IMG/VR virus record: IMGVR_UViG_3300003310_000099
Coordinates: 298,295-362,294 of that record
Reading direction: 5' to 3' (one strand)
DNA: 64,000 bases
Source: a virus
Taxonomy: Duplodnaviria > Heunggongvirae > Uroviricota > Caudoviricetes
Shown here: piece by piece, positions 18,204-27,169 of the stretch
Position numbering within the stretch: position 1 is the stretch's first letter
How the letters are laid out: the number at the start of each line of letters is the position of its first letter
The notes under the pieces: model-generated
Told to the model about the DNA's origin: nothing
The model's database searches: none
The model's input: only the letters and a program-made list of their open reading frames with translations
Program-made: the position numbers and the translations under genes

Positions 18204-18428
18204 ATGAAGCTGGACCCGACTGGTTGCATCGACACGAACAACGGCAAGGGTTACTTTCAGGTCCGCGACAATTGGGAAGGCAACGGCTATCGCCTCTACT
18301 TCGGGGGCGATAGGTATGTCTCTCAGGTGGACGGTGAAATCAATGGCAAGGTTTACCGTACCATTAAGGCGGCAAAAGCTGATTGCTTCCGTCGCTTCAA
18401 GCTAGAAGCGAAGCGTGTCTATGACTGA
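18204..18428 (+). CDS. hypothetical protein
   Basis: GGAG RBS. Confidence 0.6.
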   Translation: MKLDPTGCIDTNNGKGYFQVRDNWEGNGYRLYFGGDRYVSQVDGEINGKVYRTIKAAKADCFRRFKLEAKRVYD

Positions 18429-18667
18429 TGCCTTCAAGTCTATAGATAAACTCTGTAGACTTTATGGCACTAACTTCTACATTCAAGTTTCCGAGTGTTC
18501 CATTGGCATCTACAACGTGCCAGATGATGACTTCCATATCTTCACTTGGAGCGAAAATCGCTATGTTCTGACCAACATACAAGACTATATCCCCAATTGG
18601 CTATCCAACAAAGTGGGGATATAGCCTAGCTGTACCAAGTCCATTGTAATTCAAATCACTTTGGAGA

Positions 18668-18925
18668 ATGGTCATGACTGACAGCGTTGCCAAGATTGCC
18701 CGTGTCAACCCGACCTTGGCCAACAAGATCAACGCACAATTCACCTTCCTCACCAATGAGGACATTGCCGAAGTCGAGAAAATCGACCGCATGATGATGG
18801 TGCTGGTGCGTTGCGGCAATGGCCGATTCGTCTGCCCCGTTCAGAACGCACTACACTTCTGCAACATCATCGACAAGGAAGGCACCGACTACGTTCGGGA
18901 TATGAGCTTCCCAAGTAATGGGTAG
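18668..18925 (+). CDS. hypothetical protein
   Basis: GGAG RBS. Confidence 0.65.
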   Translation: MVMTDSVAKIARVNPTLANKINAQFTFLTNEDIAEVEKIDRMMMVLVRCGNGRFVCPVQNALHFCNIIDKEGTDYVRDMSFPSNG

Positions 18926-18996
18926 AACAGGGTTCGCCCACCCTGCTTAAACCTTAGCTGTACTGAGTGTAATGTAACTCATTCAGGAGGACTTCA

Positions 18997-19212
18997 ATGG
19001 CTCAGTGCTGCGGCGAAGAAATGTACAAGGACTGCAACGGCCAACCGCGTTGTGAACAGTGCCAACCGCCGTGTCCGTGTTGCTATGATGGCGGCATGGA
19101 TGACCAAGAGGAAGAAGAAGAATTTTGGCTGACGTGTCTGGATGAGATGGATGCACGATACCGTAAAGGAACGAAAAATGGAAACTCCGCTCCAGAAGCT
19201 GCCATTCGATGA
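18997..19212 (+). CDS. Cys-rich acidic small protein
   Basis: AGGAGG RBS. Confidence 0.6.
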   Translation: MAQCCGEEMYKDCNGQPRCEQCQPPCPCCYDGGMDDQEEEEEFWLTCLDEMDARYRKGTKNGNSAPEAAIR

Positions 19213-19398
19213 AGCCCTGTACCAGACATTCAATTTCGTTAGCAAAATGTCTGAGTCAATGGATGCTACGTTTACTGATGATGAACGGGCAGCTGTCAAG
19301 ATCACTTCACGCATACTCGCCCAAATGGTTGTGGAAATGCACGACGATACCTTAGCTGTACCTAGTAAGTTGTAACCCAACCCCAAACGGAGAGTGCC

Positions 19399-19530
19399 AT
19401 GTACGAAGTCATCCACAAGGGTCGCAGCTTGTTCCGCAACGTCAGCATCGAGCGTTGCCGTCAGTTCATCGCACGGCACAATCTCAGTGGGGCTATCATT
19501 CAGCCCCTCAGTCAAATGTTGGCTGCTTAA
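19399..19530 (+). CDS. 43-aa protein ending QMLAA
   Basis: GGAG RBS; not in ORF track (<60 aa). Confidence 0.6.
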   Translation: MYEVIHKGRSLFRNVSIERCRQFIARHNLSGAIIQPLSQMLAA

Positions 19531-19576
19531 CTCCAGGGTTCGCCCCCCCTGCGCCACATCTATTAAGGAGCCAAAC

Positions 19577-19759
19577 ATGTATGAGGGTGAAGCCGATTAC
19601 GTTCCCTACTTCTGGGAACGCAAGACACCAGTGCAGACCGTTGGCAAGGTGCGTATCTACCTTGTCCAAGACGAAGCTGCACAATTCGATGATCTGATGG
19701 GACGAAGCCAACTCAACTTGGCCGAATGTTCCAACGGCAAGGTCATGGAAATAGCTTAG
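19577..19759 (+). CDS. hypothetical protein
   Basis: AAGGAG RBS. Confidence 0.6.
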   Translation: MYEGEADYVPYFWERKTPVQTVGKVRIYLVQDEAAQFDDLMGRSQLNLAECSNGKVMEIA

Positions 19760-19799
19760 CTGTACCTAGTTAATTGTAACCTTACTCTGGAGCAAACAC

Positions 19800-19991
19800 A
19801 TGCAGGTACATCTTTACGGCAAGCCTCTGGTTGAGGGGAAGACTGTGACGCTGGACCATACGGTTCAGAAGTTCGAGATTCTGATTCGCTCCATGAGTGG
19901 GGTTCATGCACAACGCTTGAAAGACCTCATTCAGAAGCAGTTTGAGGTCGTCAAGATCAAGGAAGTGGACAGCATTTCTTACGTCATCTAA
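19800..19991 (+). CDS. hypothetical protein
   Basis: GGAG RBS. Confidence 0.6.
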   Translation: MQVHLYGKPLVEGKTVTLDHTVQKFEILIRSMSGVHAQRLKDLIQKQFEVVKIKEVDSISYVI

Positions 19992-20260
19992 GGGGCAGGG
20001 TCGCCCACCCTGCTTAAACCTTACGGAGTCCTACCATGAAGATCATTGCTGCCTACAACAAGTACACCAAGGAAGCCTTGACCAACGAACAGCGGGAAGC
20101 TGACATGGAGGCACTACTTGAGGCACATGAAGAAGAAGTGAAAACCAACCCCACATGGAAGTATTTCGGGGGGCATCATCGAGCTAGGCGACCACGAATA
20201 CCAAGTGTGCTAAACCTTAGCTGTACTGAGTACAGTGTAACCCCAACACTTGGAGCAAAC

Positions 20261-20626
20261 ATGGACAAGCATTTGCAAGAGCGTATCGACCGTTTCGTGC
20301 AGGCCGCTGATCGGTGCGTGGAAACCTACTGGACGAACAGTGGCTACACCCACATGTCACCGCCCAAACATCGCGCCAACGAGATTAGCGACAAATGGGT
20401 GCGAGTTGTGACGGTCGAAGAACGCAATGGCGTTTGGCAGGATTCGAGCGTCTACGCCTTCATCTGCCTCAAGGACTATTCGACCAAGGCTTTAGGTCAA
20501 CTCAAGAAGGGCGACATTCACAAACCAGCGACCTACAAGGCCGCTGCGAAGCACGCAAGGGGCAACGTGTTCGACAACGATTTTGAGAAGTGCCTGACGC
20601 CGTGGGGTATCGTCTACTTGAAGTAA
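20261..20626 (+). CDS. conserved hypothetical phage protein
   Basis: SVYAFI...GDIHKPATYKAAAKHARGNV motif. Confidence 0.75.
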   Translation: MDKHLQERIDRFVQAADRCVETYWTNSGYTHMSPPKHRANEISDKWVRVVTVEERNGVWQDSSVYAFICLKDYSTKALGQLKKGDIHKPATYKAAAKHARGNVFDNDFEKCLTPWGIVYLK

Positions 20627-20675
20627 GGGGCAGGGTCGCCCACCCTGCTTAAACCTTAGCTGTACCGAGTAGAGT

Positions 20676-20954
20676 ATGAACAAACAAGAATACGCTGAGT
20701 ATGAGGCACGGGTAGCCGAGTTCTTCAGCCACGGTTTGGCTAACTTGTCAACCAAGTCGGATTGCCATGAACCGTTCTTTTCGTGGCGTCCGTGTCAGTG
20801 CTGCGGGACACACTTAGGCGGCAATCGCTATGAGTGTGACGGGTACAATGAGAAGACAAAGGAAGTCGAAGAGTACGACAACATTTGCGAAGACTGCGTA
20901 TATTACGCAGAATACGGGCAGCTTGACGATACCACTATGGCCAATCTGGAGTAA
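20676..20954 (+). CDS. Cys-containing hypothetical protein (leaderless)
   Basis: FSWRPCQCCG...GNRY; ATG at motif+21. Confidence 0.7.
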   Translation: MNKQEYAEYEARVAEFFSHGLANLSTKSDCHEPFFSWRPCQCCGTHLGGNRYECDGYNEKTKEVEEYDNICEDCVYYAEYGQLDDTTMANLE

Positions 20955-21360
20955 CCATGAAACTCAGCGAAGCTATCCACAAGCTGCAATATACGCTCAA
21001 TCTCCACGGCGATAAGGAAATGAAACAGTGGAAGTATAGCGACGGCAAGGTACAGTCTGTGCCCGTCAAGCTGGAAGTAGCCGAAAACCCCGAAGATGAT
21101 ACCATCGGCGTCATCCTCAGTGCCGAATAACCTTAGCTGTACCGAGTAAAGCATGAACACATCACTTGAAAAGAAGATCAATCATAAGCGGCGTTTGCGT
21201 GTGCTGCGTGAGAGACTTCGCAAGCTGCTGCTCCAATACTACGTTCATTCGGACGCGGGCAAGCTGGAGAAGCATGTTCGTGTGATGAACAAGCTCCGCA
21301 AGGCAATCAGAAAGCTTAGCTGTACCAAGTAGGTTGTAATCACCCTTACTGGAGTCAGCC

Positions 21361-21618
21361 ATGCAAGACCACGTTCTCGACAACTGCCTCATTCATCAGA
21401 AAGATGCCATTATCGACCTCATCGACAGTGGCAAGCACGATGAGGCGATAACGCTGCTCAAGTTCGTCAAGGAACTGTGGGAAGCCGCGAGCTACGACTA
21501 CAAGTACAGAGAACTCAAGGAGCGCGGCGTCAGAGCGGCGGATAACCGAGAGAACTGCCGCCACTGGAAGCACGTCCAGTCACTCACGGCCATTCAGAAC
21601 AAGTATCGTTCACTGTAA
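21361..21618 (+). CDS. hypothetical protein
   Basis: GGAG RBS. Confidence 0.65.
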   Translation: MQDHVLDNCLIHQKDAIIDLIDSGKHDEAITLLKFVKELWEAASYDYKYRELKERGVRAADNRENCRHWKHVQSLTAIQNKYRSL

Positions 21619-21706
21619 GGGGTGGATAGGGGAGAAAGCCAATCCCCTTATCCTGCTGATACCTTAGCTGTACCTAGTGCAGTATAACCCTTACTGGAGA
21701 AGACAC

Positions 21707-21883
21707 ATGAAGGTTTGCCAGAAGTGCGGGGATGAGATTGGCACCAAGGACGGGGACAACTATTGTGGCAAGTGCCACAAGAAGAAGGATGCGGCCAAGA
21801 GACGGAAGGAACGGGAAGACGTGTTGCGTAGTTGTGGGTTGGTGAAGGTGCGTGGGGCAATGGGTGGAACCTATTGGGAATAA
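21707..21883 (+). CDS. small zinc-finger protein
   Basis: CQKC...CGKC; ends VRGAMGGTYWE. Confidence 0.65.
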   Translation: MKVCQKCGDEIGTKDGDNYCGKCHKKKDAAKRRKEREDVLRSCGLVKVRGAMGGTYWE

Positions 21884-21960
21884 CCCAATAGGTCGCCCAA
21901 CCCAGCATAGCTTAGCTGTACCAAGTGCATTGTGACAGTCAAACCCCTGGAGTCAGTGCA

Positions 21961-22317
21961 ATGCGGTATTTCATCAAGTTGGCCAAGAAGAACGACCGTG
22001 GCGAACCCGTCAACACGGGTTGGTATGAAGAGGTGGATGAGTACACGTTCAAGAACGCCAAGTATGCGCTCAACGATTGCGGCGATGGTCCGCGTTACAC
22101 GAACGACGCTGTGATGGTGGACGGCGATGAGGTCACTGCACGGTTGGTCGCAGCCCCAATACGGGACTTGGCCATTCTGACGCGATACTTTCAGGCGTCG
22201 GAACCGAACAAGGTGGAAGGCGGTTTCGTCCGCGAGCAACCGAGTATCAAGTTCAACATTCGCGGCAAGATCAAGCTGCGTGAGAAGGACGGTAGCATCT
22301 GGAGCAAAGCAGCGTAA
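21961..22317 (+). CDS. hypothetical protein
   Basis: GGAG RBS; ends SKAA. Confidence 0.7.
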   Translation: MRYFIKLAKKNDRGEPVNTGWYEEVDEYTFKNAKYALNDCGDGPRYTNDAVMVDGDEVTARLVAAPIRDLAILTRYFQASEPNKVEGGFVREQPSIKFNIRGKIKLREKDGSIWSKAA

Positions 22318-22366
22318 ACCAACAGGGTCGCCCACCCTGCTTTACCTTAGCTGTACGGAGTGGAGT

Positions 22367-22543
22367 ATGAGCTACCTTCGTCACATGCGGACTACTGCTG
22401 AATGCCGCGCTGAAAGCGGGGCCGAAGAACAAGGCGTCAAGGTGCGTGCGAAGCGTAATCGCCGCAATATCCCCAACGCTTGGGACGACGTGCCTCATGC
22501 CCGTCGCCACAAGTGCGACCGCCACAAGGATCATCGTCGCTAA
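22367..22543 (+). CDS. small basic protein (leaderless)
   Basis: IPNAWDD motif; ATG at motif+21. Confidence 0.65.
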   Translation: MSYLRHMRTTAECRAESGAEEQGVKVRAKRNRRNIPNAWDDVPHARRHKCDRHKDHRR

Positions 22544-22970
22544 CGGGCGGGTGTACGGTCTGGCGGCGGGGGCCGTCAGCGTAAGGTAGGCAAACCTACA
22601 CCGTACACCTGCCCAAAAGTACAAAGCTTAGCTGTACCTAGTATAGTGTAATCACCCTTACTGGAGACAGCCATGCACGCTACCACCGAACGCAAGAAGT
22701 CCAACAAGAACGATTTCACCGTCACCACGACGGTCAAGGATCGCGCCATTCACATCCAGACCATCATTATGATGGCAGCAAGGTCCAACCGCGAACCCGA
22801 TAAGCGCCGCAAGCTGCGGGAACGCGACGACCGCCGCATGAGGGACTGATGAGCGAACAAGAAATTGCCGACTGGCTCGCAGAACTACGCGAGTCAGTCG
22901 GCACCAGACCCCAAGGATAGCTTAGCTGTACCAAGTAGGTTGTAACCAACACCCTTACTGGAGAGTACAC

Positions 22971-23354
22971 ATGACCGCTACCGTGTCCCTCAGCTGCGAA
23001 CGCTACTTCCCCGAAACCAACAAGCGGGGCAAGAATGGCAAGCTGCAACGCATTTGCATCGACGTGCGCAAGATGCAGATTCGCGGCGACTTCATCACCA
23101 CGACGGGCTTTGAGGTCAACTACCTCAAGCGGGGCGGCGAATTCCGCTTCTACGTCAAGAGCATCGTCAAGCCTGTCAAGTCGATATGGCAGGAATTGAA
23201 CACCCGTCCGCAACCCATTATCCCGAAGTGGGAGCGGGAAGGCAACTACAGTCGGGATGAATTCGTGGCGTGGCTCAAGGCACGCCGTATCCAAAACGCC
23301 GAAAGCCTTGTCATCGCTCTGATGACGATGCCCCCCGAAAACTTGGCAGCGTAG
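22971..23354 (+). CDS. hypothetical protein
   Basis: GGAG RBS; ends NLAA. Confidence 0.7.
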   Translation: MTATVSLSCERYFPETNKRGKNGKLQRICIDVRKMQIRGDFITTTGFEVNYLKRGGEFRFYVKSIVKPVKSIWQELNTRPQPIIPKWEREGNYSRDEFVAWLKARRIQNAESLVIALMTMPPENLAA

Positions 23355-23615
23355 CCAACAGGGTCGCCCACCCTGCATAGCCCATAGCTTAGCTGTACCA
23401 AGTAGAGTGTAACCAACACTCAGGAGTCAGCACATGCGGGCCAAACATCGTAACGACCACAATCATGGCAAGAGCGGTTGGGTCGGTGGCAATCCACGTT
23501 ATGGCCGTAAACGTGGCTTCCGCAAGTCCGATCAACCCAAAGACAAAGCCGCCTGGAAACGCGAAGTCAAGTAAGGGGTGAGACAGGGGACTGCCAACCC
23601 TGTCTTTTTTCGTTT

Positions 23616-23856
23616 CAACCTAAACTCAGTACAGCTAAGCTTTTACACCTCCATACTGTACAAAGTGCTTCACCTCTCAAATGCGATTAAATGCGTTTTA
23701 AGCCACTCTGAGGTCAAGGTGACTCTCGACCCACTTAACCCATTTGAATCGCTTCTAGGGCCATCCTAGCGTCAGCAAATGGCATCCGCGAATCCAATCC
23801 CGAATGTTCAAAGACCGCACCGAATCCTACCCTAATTAAGCTTAGCTGTACCGAGT
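23616..23856. repeat. ~240-bp non-coding element, copy 1, bounded by outward-facing motif copies
   Basis: Shares long blocks with 25945..26186. Confidence 0.85.
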
Positions 23857-23894
23857 ATATTGTTCTAAACCACCCCATACTGGAGAACACGAAC

Positions 23895-24095
23895 ATGCGT
23901 TGCGAAGATGCCCCGTGCTGCGGTTGCTGCCCGTCCTACTACGATCACGACGCCTACGATGACATGGAGCAGTACGACGACCGCGACGACGCACGGTACG
24001 ACGACGTTGAGGAAGACCACATCCTTGAGCAGCAGGAGCTTGAGGACTTCGAGCAGGCCGACGAATACTTCGGCCACTACAACGATTGGGAGTAG
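23895..24095 (+). CDS. very acidic small protein with CEDAPCCGCC start
   Basis: GGAG RBS; D/E/Y-rich. Confidence 0.7.
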   Translation: MRCEDAPCCGCCPSYYDHDAYDDMEQYDDRDDARYDDVEEDHILEQQELEDFEQADEYFGHYNDWE

Positions 24096-24179
24096 GGGGA
24101 AGGGGTCGCCCACCCCTTTATAATAAGTTTACCTTAGCTGTACCTAGTCCAGTGTAACGCTTCTTACTGGAGTGCAGCA

Positions 24180-24665
24180 ATGCTGACCGTCACCGAACTC
24201 CGCGACAATCTGATGGCCCTGAAGGGCGCAGCGATCATCACGATTGAGGCCGAGACGGAGCCTCAGATGCGCAAGACGGATAACCCCTACGTTGGCACCG
24301 TCAAGGTGTCAAGCGTCAACGGCGTCATCAACTGGATTTACGAGATTGCCGTCAACAACCAACGGCTGCGGGAAGACAAGGAAGCAGACTTCGTTGCCTT
24401 CCCCCGTAAGTGGGGCAAACGCATCAAGGGCACCCCACTGGTGGAACACAAAGGCAAGTTCTACCTTGAAATGAAGGTGCAGAGCGCCAAAGCCAAGTAC
24501 GTTCACGGCGATGCCGAGATTGCCGTAAGTGAGCTAATCCCCTACTTCTACGAACGGGGCAAGTCTCGTCAAGGCGTCGATAAGGAAGTCATCCTACGGG
24601 ACTACGCTCTTGAGAACATCAAGGGCATTCGCTGGGGTGGCGAACTCATCAAGGTAGGGGCATGA
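24180..24665 (+). CDS. conserved hypothetical phage protein
   Basis: MRKTDNPY...YEIAVNNQRLRE...WG...HKGKFYL. Confidence 0.8.
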   Translation: MLTVTELRDNLMALKGAAIITIEAETEPQMRKTDNPYVGTVKVSSVNGVINWIYEIAVNNQRLREDKEADFVAFPRKWGKRIKGTPLVEHKGKFYLEMKVQSAKAKYVHGDAEIAVSELIPYFYERGKSRQGVDKEVILRDYALENIKGIRWGGELIKVGA

Positions 24666-24727
24666 TGCCCTAATTAGGATAGCTTAGCTGTACCTAGTAC
24701 AGTGTTCCTCAACCCCTGGAGACGCAC

Positions 24728-24901
24728 ATGACTCTACACTGCATCCTCTGCGGCGAAGAAGCGGCCTTGACGCTGAATCTGCAAGATGGGGAAACCGTGT
24801 CTTGTCCCGAATGCGGGAACGACTTCACGACCGCCGACGTGAAGGAACGCATCGAAGAGTGGACGCAGGCGTTAGCCTGGATCAACAACATGCCCAAGTA
24901 A
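24728..24901 (+). CDS. small zinc-ribbon protein
   Basis: CILC...CPEC; GGAG RBS. Confidence 0.65.
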   Translation: MTLHCILCGEEAALTLNLQDGETVSCPECGNDFTTADVKERIEEWTQALAWINNMPK

Positions 24902-24980
24902 TGGGCATGGTCGCCCTAATTAGGATAGCTTAGCTGTACCTAGTAGAGTGTAATCACCACCACCTTACTGGAGAGTACAC

Positions 24981-25346
24981 ATGGGCGTCCGTCTCTACCC
25001 GAACACGACCAACGCGGCGAAGCTGGAGAAGTTGGCTGGTGTCCCCGAAGGGACGCACAAGCGGATGGAAGACATGGCAAAGCGGCACGCGGAGGAACGC
25101 GCTGCGGCCACCAACTGGAACGAGTACGAAGACGGCTACCGCCAATGGAAGGAACGGGACAACGACGGTCCTATTGGCGACTTGGACGCCTTCCTTACCT
25201 TCGGGTGGGGCAAGTTCCGCCCAATCGACGGCATCGGGGAGGATTACGCGGGCAACGAGAGCGACCCACAACGGGCCGCGAAGCTGCTCCGATACAACGG
25301 TATCGGGGTGGACGTGAGCCTAACGGAAGGCGTCCACTGGTGCTAG
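24981..25346 (+). CDS. hypothetical protein
   Basis: GGAG RBS, followed by terminator. Confidence 0.7.
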   Translation: MGVRLYPNTTNAAKLEKLAGVPEGTHKRMEDMAKRHAEERAAATNWNEYEDGYRQWKERDNDGPIGDLDAFLTFGWGKFRPIDGIGEDYAGNESDPQRAAKLLRYNGIGVDVSLTEGVHWC

Positions 25347-25665
25347 TGGACAGGGGGCGAAAGCCCCCTTTTCTTTTATACAACCATTACCTTAGCTGTA
25401 CCTAGTGGAGTGTCCCCCCTTCACTACTGGAGCCGCACGATGACGCTGAAACAGCAGCTGGAAAAGTTCGATGCGCAGGCCGACACCTACGCCAAGGCCA
25501 CGAAGGAGCCTTGGGAGTGCGAGAGCTACGCTGAATGGGTGGCTTCGCTGCCCGAAGAAGAACAACCTTATGAAAATGAGTAACACGGGCATCGCCCGCC
25601 CTAATTAGGATAGCTTAGCTGTACCTAGTAAGTTGTTCCAACCAACCCCATACGGAGACACGCAC

Positions 25666-25911
25666 ATGGCCACCGTCATCGCTTCCAACCTCACCGCCGT
25701 TGTCGTCTACCGCGTCGAGAAGACGCTGGGGCCGAATGGCCGCGTCAAGCAGCTGACCGACGTGACGATCAAGGCGGGGCCGCTCACGGTCGCCACCAAG
25801 ACGCTCTGGGGCCGCTACAGTCAGAGCAAGGCTCTGGTGGAGTTCAAGCGGAACCCCAAGGGCTGGACGGTGCTGGATGCCGCCGCGTCCAAGTTGCCGA
25901 TTGCGGCCTAA
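25666..25911 (+). CDS. hypothetical protein
   Basis: GGAG RBS; ends PIAA; terminator 25914-25940. Confidence 0.7.
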   Translation: MATVIASNLTAVVVYRVEKTLGPNGRVKQLTDVTIKAGPLTVATKTLWGRYSQSKALVEFKRNPKGWTVLDAAASKLPIAA

Positions 25912-25944
25912 CGAGAAGGGGGCTTCGGCCCCCTTTTTTTATTC

Positions 25945-26186
25945 CAACCTAAACTCGGTACAGCTAAGTTTTATGTAAAGATTACTGTACATAAGTGCTT
26001 CATGGCTAGAATGCGATTAAATGCGTTTTAAGCCACTCTAAGGTCAAGGTGACTCTCGACCCATTTGAGCAATCTAAACGCCTTCTAGGGCCATCCTAGT
26101 GTCAGCAAATGGCATTCGCAAAGGCAAACCCAAGAGGCAAACCGACTGGCCCAATCCTACCCTAATTAAGCTTAGCTGTACCTAGT
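25945..26186. repeat. ~240-bp non-coding element, copy 2
   Basis: Shared blocks AATGCGATTAAATGCGTTTTAAGCCACTCT, AGGTCAAGGTGACTCTCGACCCA, CTTCTAGGGCCATCCTAG, AATCCTACCCTAATTAAGCTTAGC. Confidence 0.85.
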
Positions 26187-26224
26187 AAGTTGTAAGATTC
26201 ACCCCCCTTACTGGAGAGACGGCC

Positions 26225-26548
26225 ATGCACACCAAGGAAAGCATTGCGGCGCTGTTGGCCACGAACGACAAGGCCGTGTATCGCGCTCTGGTGGTGCTGT
26301 TCGAGCGGCAGACCGCCGACGAACGCGACTCGGAGCAGACGAATCACCTCAACGGGATGGGCTTCAACGGGCGGGACGCCAAGTTCGGCACCTCGTTGGC
26401 CAAACAGGTCATCCGTTGGCAGGACGGGTTGACCAACTACCGAACGCCGTTGACGATGGCGCAGACGAGCGCCGCACGCAAGATGCTCCGCAAGTACGCG
26501 GGACAGTTGGCCAAAGTCGCCAACGAGAAGGCCGCAGTCGGGGTCTAA
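26225..26548 (+). CDS. conserved hypothetical phage protein
   Basis: RQTADE...NGMGFNGRDA...KYAGQL. Confidence 0.8.
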   Translation: MHTKESIAALLATNDKAVYRALVVLFERQTADERDSEQTNHLNGMGFNGRDAKFGTSLAKQVIRWQDGLTNYRTPLTMAQTSAARKMLRKYAGQLAKVANEKAAVGV

Positions 26549-26837
26549 GGGGAAGGGGGCTTCGGCCCCTTTTTCCTTTTATAAGGATTAGCTTAGCTGT
26601 ACCTAGTACAGTGTAACGACGACTGGTCTTCATCATATAGTGGCCCTTCCCTCACCCTGTTCTGGAGTCGGCAATGAAGTACGTCTATGGTGACTTGGTG
26701 CTGAGTGCGGTGCATGGCTGCTACGTCCGTGTCAAGGAACAACAGGGCTGCTACTTGGTTGTCATGGATCGCAATACGCTGGTCGAGTTGCCCGACCACA
26801 TCCACATATCGCAAGCCACGTTCGCCAAGTAGCATGA

Positions 26838-26876
26838 GATTAGCACTAAGCTATTAGGTATAGCTTAGTGCTAATC
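26838..26876. repeat. Perfect 17-bp inverted repeat at end of cassette region
   Basis: GATTAGCACTAAGCTAT-TAGGT-ATAGCTTAGTGCTAATC. Confidence 0.9.
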
Positions 26877-27169
26877 ATATTGAATAGCTTAGCTGTACCA
26901 AGTAAGGTGTAACATAATTAAGAATGGAGAAATTAATTTCAAAAAAGTTTGAAAAAAAGAAAATAAAAAGGAGGGGGCTACCCGCCATACGAGCCTTCTT
27001 ATACATGAAGACAAGAAAAAATTCCACAGGTAGGTTTTCAAATTTCAAATTATAGAAAAAAATTCCCAATTTCGTGTTTCAAAAATTGGGAATTTCAAAA
27101 TTTTCATTTTCCGTTATTAGCTCAAAACTTTACCAAAATCCGATTTCCAAAAATAGCATTGCTGGATTT

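Larger units (their letters stand above)
96..26903 (+). promoter_or_regulatory. Dispersed 16-bp motif CTTAGCTGTACYNAG(T/G), about 60 direct copies; putative phage early promoter
   Basis: Copies start at 96, 1200, 2422, 4270, 4453, 4590, 5689, 5944, 6325, 6932, 7123, 7508, 7665, 8190, 8786, 9204, 9458, 9680, 10067, 10404, 10814, 11753, 12201, 12659, 12991, 13322, 13593, 14085, 14425, 14649, 15032, 15580, 16732, 16972, 17376, 17709, 18159, 18625, 18953, 19351, 19755, 20216, 20655, 21132, 21315, 21663, 21911, 22346, 22627, 22921, 23388, 23841, 24133, 24683, 24929, 25391, 25614, 26171, 26592, 26888. None seen after 26.9 kb. Promoter role is inferred. Confidence 0.85.

Noticed and set aside
22545-22614. 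Hammerhead ribozyme
   Set aside because: Three-way junction lacks the CUGANGA and GAAA core
4464-26835. Many minus-strand ORFs and ORF extensions containing LGTAK, VQLR/VQLS, LSCT or LAVP peptides
   Set aside because: These shared peptides are just translations of the DNA motif; the ORFs are shadows of + strand genes without RBSs
96-26903. Repeat motif as a CRISPR array
   Set aside because: Repeat is only 16 bp, spacing is irregular (about 130-1800 bp), the intervals hold genes, and no cas genes are present
96-26903. Repeat motif as integron attC sites
   Set aside because: No RYYYAAC/GTTRRRY ends or long imperfect palindrome, no integrase in the window, and fixed +21 spacing to start codons fits a promoter better
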